From positions 1 through 32,551 of IMG/VR virus record IMGVR_UViG_3300037587_000312: a stretch of 32,551 nt of DNA, one strand, 5' to 3'. The DNA is from a virus. Its lineage: Duplodnaviria; Heunggongvirae; Uroviricota; Caudoviricetes. The translations under genes and the position numbers were made by a program. Under the pieces are notes generated by a model that made no database searches, had not been told where the DNA came from, and saw only the letters and a list, made by a program, of their open reading frames with translations. This document shows, one piece after another, positions 16,319 through 20,642 of the stretch. Position 1 is the stretch's first letter. Each line of letters opens with the position of its first letter.

Positions 16319-16720
16319 ATGTGTAAAGTGGAAAATAAAGATCAAGGTAATCTCGGTGAAGCTTATGCTATCTACAAGCTCACTGAACTAGGATATAAGT
16401 TGTCAAAACCCCTTATCGAGAATATTGGGTATGACCTTATAGCAGACTTAAATGGAGTTCTTTATAGGATTCAGGTTAAGTCTTCATCCTACAGCAGGTT
16501 TGAAGGGTTATATGATGTCGCTTTAGCGACGAGGGGAGGCAATAGATCTGGGGTAGGGAAGAGTAAGAACATCTCATCTCTTAATTGCGATTATGTGTTC
16601 ATATACACAGCACCTAAGTCCTACTTAATCCCAATACAGCCTATTGACGGACAAGGTTCCGTTCGAGTCGGCGGTAAGGGGACAAAAGATTACGAAATTA
16701 GAGAGGAGATTATGATATGA
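16319..16720 (+). mobile_element. free-standing PD-(D/E)XK homing-type endonuclease (I-Ssp6803I/PDDEXK_5-like)
   Basis: GNLGE...GYDLIAD...RIQVKSS; inserted among tRNA genes; weak SD. Confidence 0.75.
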
Positions 16721-16875
16721 TGTATGAACTGAAACCAACAGCTATGGTATTTGCAGGAGCAATTGCATTGGCTGTATCAGGTAATTCATTGACAACATTA
16801 GCAGGAACACTGTTGACAGTTGCTGGAGTCATGGTCTACCATATGCGTATTAATCAACGCAAGCAACAACATTAA
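16717..16875 (+). CDS. small membrane protein, 52 aa (MMYELKPTAMVFAGAIALAVSG...)
   Basis: Translated by hand; GAGGAG SD; stop abuts tRNA-Phe. Confidence 0.6.
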   Translation: MMYELKPTAMVFAGAIALAVSGNSLTTLAGTLLTVAGVMVYHMRINQRKQQH

Positions 16876-16952
16876 GGGTCTGTAGCTCAGTTTGGCAGAG
16901 CGCGGGGGTGAAATTCCCGAGGCCACTGGTTCGAAGCCAGTTGGACCCACCA
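16876..16952 (+). tRNA. tRNA-Phe(GAA)
   Basis: Cloverleaf; CGGGG-GT GAA AT-TCCCG; CCA. Confidence 0.88.
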
Positions 16953-16960
16953 ATTATTAT

Positions 16961-17038
16961 CGGGGATTAGCTCAGTCTGGCCAGAGTGTACCGTTTGGGG
17001 CGGTAAAGTCGAAGGTTCGAATCCTTCATTCCCGACCA
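16961..17038 (+). tRNA. tRNA-Pro(TGG)
   Basis: TACCG-TT TGG GG-CGGTA; CCA. Confidence 0.93.
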
Positions 17039-17045
17039 GTTTTAT

Positions 17046-17123
17046 AGCGGATTAGCTCAGGGGAATAAGAGCAACTCTCTACGAAAGAGTAGGTCATAGG
17101 TTCGAATCCTATATTCGCTGCCA
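17046..17123 (+). tRNA. tRNA-Arg(ACG)
   Basis: ACTCT-CT ACG AA-AGAGT; CCA. Confidence 0.92.
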
Positions 17124-17153
17124 GTTTATAAATAGATTTGAGGAGGTCTAAAA

Positions 17154-17297
17154 ATGGAAAAAGTACCACATAGAGATGTTGACGGTAACCTAGTTATGCT
17201 GTACCCTTACAAGTCATGGACATCATACATTTCTGAAGATGTTTGGGCAGTACTTATCTTTGTAGGAATGTGCAGTTTTATTTATTCTGTAGCGTAA
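17154..17297 (+). CDS. small protein with C-terminal TM segment, 47 aa (MEKVPHRDVDGNLVMLYP...)
   Basis: Translated by hand; GAGGAGG SD. Confidence 0.65.
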   Translation: MEKVPHRDVDGNLVMLYPYKSWTSYISEDVWAVLIFVGMCSFIYSVA

Positions 17298-17305
17298 AGT
17301 TTAAT

Positions 17306-17381
17306 ACTAGGATAGCTCAGTTGGTAGAGCAGAGTCTTGATAAGGCTTTGGTCGGTGGTTCAAGTCCACCTCTTAGTACCA
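17306..17381 (+). tRNA. tRNA-Ile(GAT)
   Basis: GAGTC-TT GAT AA-GGCTT; CCA. Confidence 0.92.
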
Positions 17382-17449
17382 ATTTTAAGTGTTTAACGCC
17401 TTCTTACACTATAACTATAGAGGCCAAAGCACTTCGGTGCCAAGTTTTA

Positions 17450-17525
17450 GCTTTATTAGTGTAGTGGTCGATCACGCTGGCCTGTCACGCCGGAAACAGC
17501 AGTTCAATTCTGCTATAGAGCGCCA
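17450..17525 (+). tRNA. tRNA-Asp(GTC)
   Basis: CTGGC-CT GTC AC-GCCGG; G73, CCA. Confidence 0.92.
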
Positions 17526-17527
17526 AA

Positions 17528-17670
17528 TAGCTATACAAGAGTACGTACCAAGTACTACTGTAATTTAGTGTATAAAGCAAGTCTCCTCGGAGAGCACTAG
17601 ACCCGCATCCTCGGATGTGACCAACCAAAGAGTGGTTATAAAGAGTTCTTGTTTAAATGATAGTGTTTAG
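17528..17670 (+). ncRNA. candidate structured ncRNA
   Basis: Several hairpins, two sharing TCCTCGGA; GCACTA/TAGTGT closes a multiloop. Confidence 0.4.
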
Positions 17671-17800
17671 GTGGACTGTTGTAGCAGGCTCATCGTATGT
17701 GGGAGTTTATATTCTCCATCTATCAAAAGTAGGTAACCGCTACAAAGGGACGAACTTTAGGCAAATATATACGTTCAGTTGAAAAGATGTTTATTTCTAG

Positions 17801-17828
17801 TTGACATCTACGGGAAAGCTGATATACT
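17801..17828 (+). promoter_or_regulatory. sigma70-type promoter
   Basis: TTGACA-16 nt-TATACT with TGn. Confidence 0.75.
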
Positions 17829-17845
17829 AGGACTTAGTAATTGAG

Positions 17846-17987
17846 TTTACTTAAGGAAGATAGGATTTTAGCAGGCTGTTCGGCGGAAGCGCCTAATGTA
17901 GCTAACTAAAGGTTCCCACTGTAGGTGAGGTAGGTTGATCGCTCCCACTACACTATGTTCGAATCATAGAATCTTCCCTTAAGTGAA
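17846..17987 (+). ncRNA. tRNA-like ncRNA with a Sec-like acceptor and no CCA
   Basis: GGAAGAT/ATCTTCC stem extended to about 16 bp; T-arm CTATG-TTCGAAT-CATAG; about 90 nt in place of the D and anticodon arms. Confidence 0.6.
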
Positions 17988-18001
17988 TTTGACAAGTTTA
18001 C

Positions 18002-18078
18002 CCCTCGGTAGCTTAGCGGTCCAAAGCAGTCGCCTTTTAAGCGATTGATCGAAGGTTCAAATCCTTCTCGGGGGACCA
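18002..18078 (+). tRNA. tRNA-Lys(TTT)
   Basis: GTCGC-CT TTT AA-GCGAT; CCA. Confidence 0.93.
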
Positions 18079-18085
18079 ATTTTAA

Positions 18086-18162
18086 TGCGAGTTAGCTCAG
18101 TTGGTTAGAGCACCGGGTTCATATCCCGATTGTCACTGGTTCAAGTCCAGTATTCGCAACCA
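18086..18162 (+). tRNA. tRNA-Met(CAT), initiator-like
   Basis: Three G-C pairs in the anticodon stem (GGG/CCC), weak T1:A72, ends CGCAACCA like fMet. Confidence 0.88.
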
Positions 18163-18177
18163 TTTAAGGAGTTAGTT

Positions 18178-18303
18178 ATGCTCAGAAGATTTTTGTGTTA
18201 TATCGGTTTACACGATTATGAAGAAGTAGCTGACTCAGGTGGAGATCCACCAGCTCGTGCCTATTTATGTAGAGCATGTGACAAATTAGATATTAAATAT
18301 TAG
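18178..18303 (+). CDS. small Zn-binding protein, 41 aa (MLRRFLCYIGLHDY...YLCRACDKL), DUF1660-like
   Basis: AAGGAG SD; C-x4-H...CxxC pattern. Confidence 0.65.
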   Translation: MLRRFLCYIGLHDYEEVADSGGDPPARAYLCRACDKLDIKY

Positions 18304-18325
18304 AGAATAAGAAAGGTAACTTACT

Positions 18326-18367
18326 ATGTACGAACGAGAGACACAACAACAGGACCAAGGCGTCTAG
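18326..18367 (+). CDS. mini-ORF, 13 aa (MYERETQQQDQGV), candidate leader peptide of tRNA-Gln/tRNA-Glu
   Basis: AAAGG SD 9 nt upstream; codons CAA CAA CAG GAC CAA. Confidence 0.4.
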   Translation: MYERETQQQDQGV

Positions 18368-18423
18368 TAGATTACCCAACTATAGAGTTTGGCGTTTCTA
18401 CTAGTCAAGCCATCATATTTTGA

Positions 18424-18498
18424 TGTGCCTTGGTGAAGTGGAAACACGGTGGGTTTTGACCCCACTATGCAAGGGTTCGATTCCCTTAGGCACGGCCA
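18424..18498 (+). tRNA. tRNA-Gln(TTG)
   Basis: GTGGG-TT TTG AC-CCCAC; CCA. Confidence 0.92.
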
Positions 18499-18499
18499 T

Positions 18500-18575
18500 G
18501 CTCATATAGTTTAATTGGTTAGAACATCGCCCTTTCAAGGCGACAGCCCGAGTTCGAGTCTCGGTATGAGTACCA
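18500..18575 (+). tRNA. tRNA-Glu(TTC)
   Basis: TCGCC-CT TTC AA-GGCGA; CCA; 1 nt after tRNA-Gln. Confidence 0.9.
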
Positions 18576-18583
18576 AATTTTAT

Positions 18584-18659
18584 GCAGGTATAGCTCAATT
18601 GGGAGAGCGTCATCCTTACACGGTGAATGTCAGTGGTTCGATCCCACTTACCTGTACCA
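18584..18659 (+). tRNA. tRNA-Val(TAC)
   Basis: TCATC-CT TAC AC-GGTGA; CCA. Confidence 0.92.
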
Positions 18660-18670
18660 AACAGTTTTAA

Positions 18671-18744
18671 GCGGGTATAGCTCAGAGGCAGAGCGTTTGG
18701 CTTCCACCCATTGTGCGGGATTTCGAAACTCCCTATCCGCTCCA
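18671..18744 (+). tRNA. tRNA-Gly(TCC), degenerate
   Basis: GCGGGTA/TATCCGC, U73, CCA; anticodon stem has only 3 pairs and there is a T53.C61 mismatch. Confidence 0.7.
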
Positions 18745-18821
18745 AGTTTTAGGTGCCTACAAGGTTCGAGTGGGTTAAATGTCCGTCTTTGTTGACAGCC
18801 TAGAGTAGTTTTAGAAAGAGG

Positions 18822-18851
18822 TTGACTTATGTATTTAATTTCTGGTATAGT
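18822..18851 (+). promoter_or_regulatory. sigma70-type promoter
   Basis: TTGACT-18 nt-TATAGT with TGn. Confidence 0.6.
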
Positions 18852-18957
18852 TTGCCTCGTTGTTGCTATTTACTTCCATTGGAAACTCAATGATCAAGTT
18901 AGGTTGCAACGGATAGATAAAGAGTTAAAAGAGTTGGATGAAAGTCTGACTTTATAG
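18829..18957 (+). CDS. small membrane-anchored protein, 42 aa (MYLISGIVCLVVAIYFHWKLNDQVRLQRIDKELKELDESLTL)
   Basis: Translated by hand; GAGG SD; TM segment plus charged helix. Confidence 0.6.
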   Translation: MYLISGIVCLVVAIYFHWKLNDQVRLQRIDKELKELDESLTL

Positions 18958-18976
18958 TTTAGAAAGATGTTATTGG

Positions 18977-19062
18977 TCACATGTGGGGGAATTGGTAGAC
19001 CCAGCTGACTGTTAATCAGCCGCTGAAAGGCACTGTAGGTTCGAAGCCTACCTTGTGAGCCA
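18977..19062 (+). tRNA. tRNA-Asn(GTT) with long variable arm
   Basis: GCTGA-CT GTT AA-TCAGC; 14 nt variable region; G73, CCA. Confidence 0.88.
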
Positions 19063-19083
19063 ATGACATTTTAAAGTTTTAAT

Positions 19084-19169
19084 GCGAGAGTGGCGGAATT
19101 TGGTAGACGCGCTGGTTTTAGGTACCAGTACCGCAAGGTGTGTGGGTTCGATGCCCTCCTTTCGTACCA
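19084..19169 (+). tRNA. tRNA-Leu(TAG)
   Basis: CTGGT-TT TAG GT-ACCAG; long variable arm; CCA. Confidence 0.92.
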
Positions 19170-19171
19170 TA

Positions 19172-19475
19172 ATAACTGTGTTGTCTGTGACGAACAGGGA
19201 ATGCCCTTGCAGAACAGAACGCGGGTTAGCTGCCGCCTCTTGATGATCTTAGACGGCAACATGGTGACGTTATAGGGTTCGATGTAACTGATTGCAATTT
19301 GCACAGTTATCTAGTACTAAATGGGTGATCACTCCGAAAACTGATGCGGGGCACTTGTCTGGATTTAGGGGTTGCAGCTCCTTGGCATCAAAAGGTTGGG
19401 CTTCATCAGTAGCTTTTACTTCTGCAAAGAATTTAGTGATATATCTGACTCACTGGCGCTGATGCTAGAGTAGAT
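19172..19475 (+). ncRNA. candidate structured ncRNA(s), three consecutive domains
   Basis: Closing stems 19172-19180/19302-19310, 19316-19322/19431-19437 and 19443-19451/19468-19475; no ORF with an SD. Confidence 0.55.
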
Positions 19476-19487
19476 CCCTTTCACTTT

Positions 19488-19561
19488 GGGGTTGTCGTAT
19501 AATGGTATTACACCTGCCTTGCAAGTAGGTTATAGGAGTTCAATCCTCCTCTTCTCCACCA
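19488..19561 (+). tRNA. tRNA-Ala(TGC)
   Basis: CCTGC-CT TGC AA-GTAGG; G3:U70; two T.T mismatches in the acceptor; CCA. Confidence 0.85.
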
Positions 19562-19566
19562 AATTT

Positions 19567-19664
19567 TATCTCACCGTGAGAGCATGGGTATTCAAATTGA
19601 TAATCCCACGTAAGGGCGTAGTATCCTCCTAGAGGGTATGAAGTGGCTAAACGTAGATGAGATA
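19567..19664 (+). ncRNA. candidate structured RNA domain
   Basis: TATCTCA/TGAGATA closes a multiloop with two internal hairpins. Confidence 0.4.
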
Positions 19665-19666
19665 TT

Positions 19667-19742
19667 GCCCGATTAGCTGAGTTGGCTTTAGCAGCTGTTT
19701 TGTAATCAGCAGACGGCGGTTCGAATCCGTCATTGGGCACCA
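19667..19742 (+). tRNA. tRNA-Thr(TGT)
   Basis: GCTGT-TT TGT AA-TCAGC; CCA. Confidence 0.9.
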
Positions 19743-19749
19743 GTTTTAT

Positions 19750-19826
19750 AGGTCGGTGTGTGTAATTGGCAACCTGCCGGATTCCAAATCCGTGCGTTCT
19801 GAGTTCGAGTCTTAGTCGGCCTGCCA
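19750..19826 (+). tRNA. tRNA-Trp(CCA)
   Basis: CCGGA-TT CCA AA-TCCGT; weak D-stem; G73, CCA. Confidence 0.8.
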
Positions 19827-19838
19827 AACAAGTTTTAT

Positions 19839-19931
19839 GGTAGCTTGGCGGAGCGGTTAAATCGCATCGGTCTTGAAAACCGACATTTCCTGAAAGGGGG
19901 ATCGAGAGTTCGAATCTCTCAGCTACTTCCA
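19839..19931 (+). tRNA. tRNA-Ser(TGA)
   Basis: TCGGT-CT TGA AA-ACCGA; long variable arm; U73; CCA. Confidence 0.9.
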
Positions 19932-19937
19932 TACAAT

Positions 19938-20014
19938 GGTGAATAGATGCATACTGGTACGCACCCGGCCTGTGAAGCTGGCGCAAGTGGGTTCGAGACC
20001 CACTATTCACCCCA
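19938..20014 (+). tRNA. tRNA-His(GTG)
   Basis: Encoded G-1:C73; CCGGC-CT GTG AA-GCTGG; CCA. Confidence 0.93.
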
Positions 20015-20027
20015 AACTATCCCCACA

Positions 20028-20131
20028 AACCTCTCACGCCAGTAGCAGCCTTACAACCTGTCATAATAGTGGTCTTAATCTTATGCCAAAACCTTTCGGT
20101 CTTTTGGTGTCAGGGCGCACCCAGAGAGGTT
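20028..20131 (+). ncRNA. candidate structured RNA / terS leader
   Basis: AACCTCTC/GAGAGGTT 8 bp closing stem with nested helices. Confidence 0.4.
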
Positions 20132-20161
20132 ACTTCTTAAGATTCTATTAAGGCAATAACC

Positions 20162-20491
20162 ATGGCAACAGTCCAAGATCCTAAATCAGGTAAATTCAAA
20201 GCAGGTCATAAGCCTTTGGGTCGTCCTACTGGTTCCAAGAATAAACTCAAGATTACAGATGTTCTTCTAGATGCTGATAAGCATTCAACAGATGCCTTAG
20301 AATTCCTTATACAGGTTATGAACGGTAATGTTAAGGGTGCAAGTACAACCCAAAGACAATCAGCTGCTATTAAGATTATCGACCTCGCTTATAAAAATAA
20401 GACAGATAGTGAAAAGACTGACTCAACAGATAATGCTATAGCAGATCTTACTCACGATGACACCCCTAAGATTTCCCTTACTGCGATTTAA
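20162..20491 (+). CDS. terminase small subunit (probable)
   Basis: GKFKAGHKPLGRPTGSKNK N-terminal motif typical of TerS; lies directly upstream of terL. Confidence 0.7.
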   Translation: MATVQDPKSGKFKAGHKPLGRPTGSKNKLKITDVLLDADKHSTDALEFLIQVMNGNVKGASTTQRQSAAIKIIDLAYKNKTDSEKTDSTDNAIADLTHDDTPKISLTAI

Positions 20492-20554
20492 TACCCCCTC
20501 ATAATAAGATCCCTTACAAGCAGACGCTAAAGGGGCGCTTTATTACCAATATTA

Positions 20555-20610
20555 ACGGATGATTATCCTCCCTCCGCAGTGTCCTCCTCCACTGTTGGGT
20601 AATCATTCGT
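20555..20610 (+). promoter_or_regulatory. hairpin displaying an anti-SD loop upstream of terL
   Basis: 14 bp basal stem, upper stem CAGTG/CACTG, loop TCCTCCTC. Confidence 0.55.
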
Positions 20611-20642
20611 ACTTTTATTTAACTATTAGAATAGAGGAAGGA

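Noticed and set aside
16235-16875. Group I intron carrying the PD-(D/E)XK gene
   Set aside because: Flanking tRNAs are intact and I found no P7 (GACUA/UAGUC) core around the ORF
17127-17134. T4 late promoter TATAAATA
   Set aside because: The only copy I noticed is in an AT-rich tRNA spacer, not upstream of structural genes
17580-17670. HDV-like/theta ribozyme (UCCUCG loops) or group I core (CACTA/TAGTG)
   Set aside because: No P1/P1.1 GG or P2 partner found; the P7-like helix lacks the G-C guanosine-binding pair
18745-18810. Possible tRNA remnant containing GGTTCGAGT
   Set aside because: No T-stem, acceptor stem or anticodon arm could be built
17846-19475. tmRNA
   Set aside because: No G3:U70 acceptor with CCA on the tRNA-like RNA and no tag reading frame ending in ALAA-like residues
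17243-20151. Track ORFs at 17243, 18413, 19071, 19090, 19540 and 19936
   Set aside because: They overlap tRNA genes and are translations of tRNA sequence
20559-20642. Longer terL start at ATG 20559
   Set aside because: No SD, buried in a 14 bp stem, Pro-rich non-terminase extension; ATG 20643 has an SD
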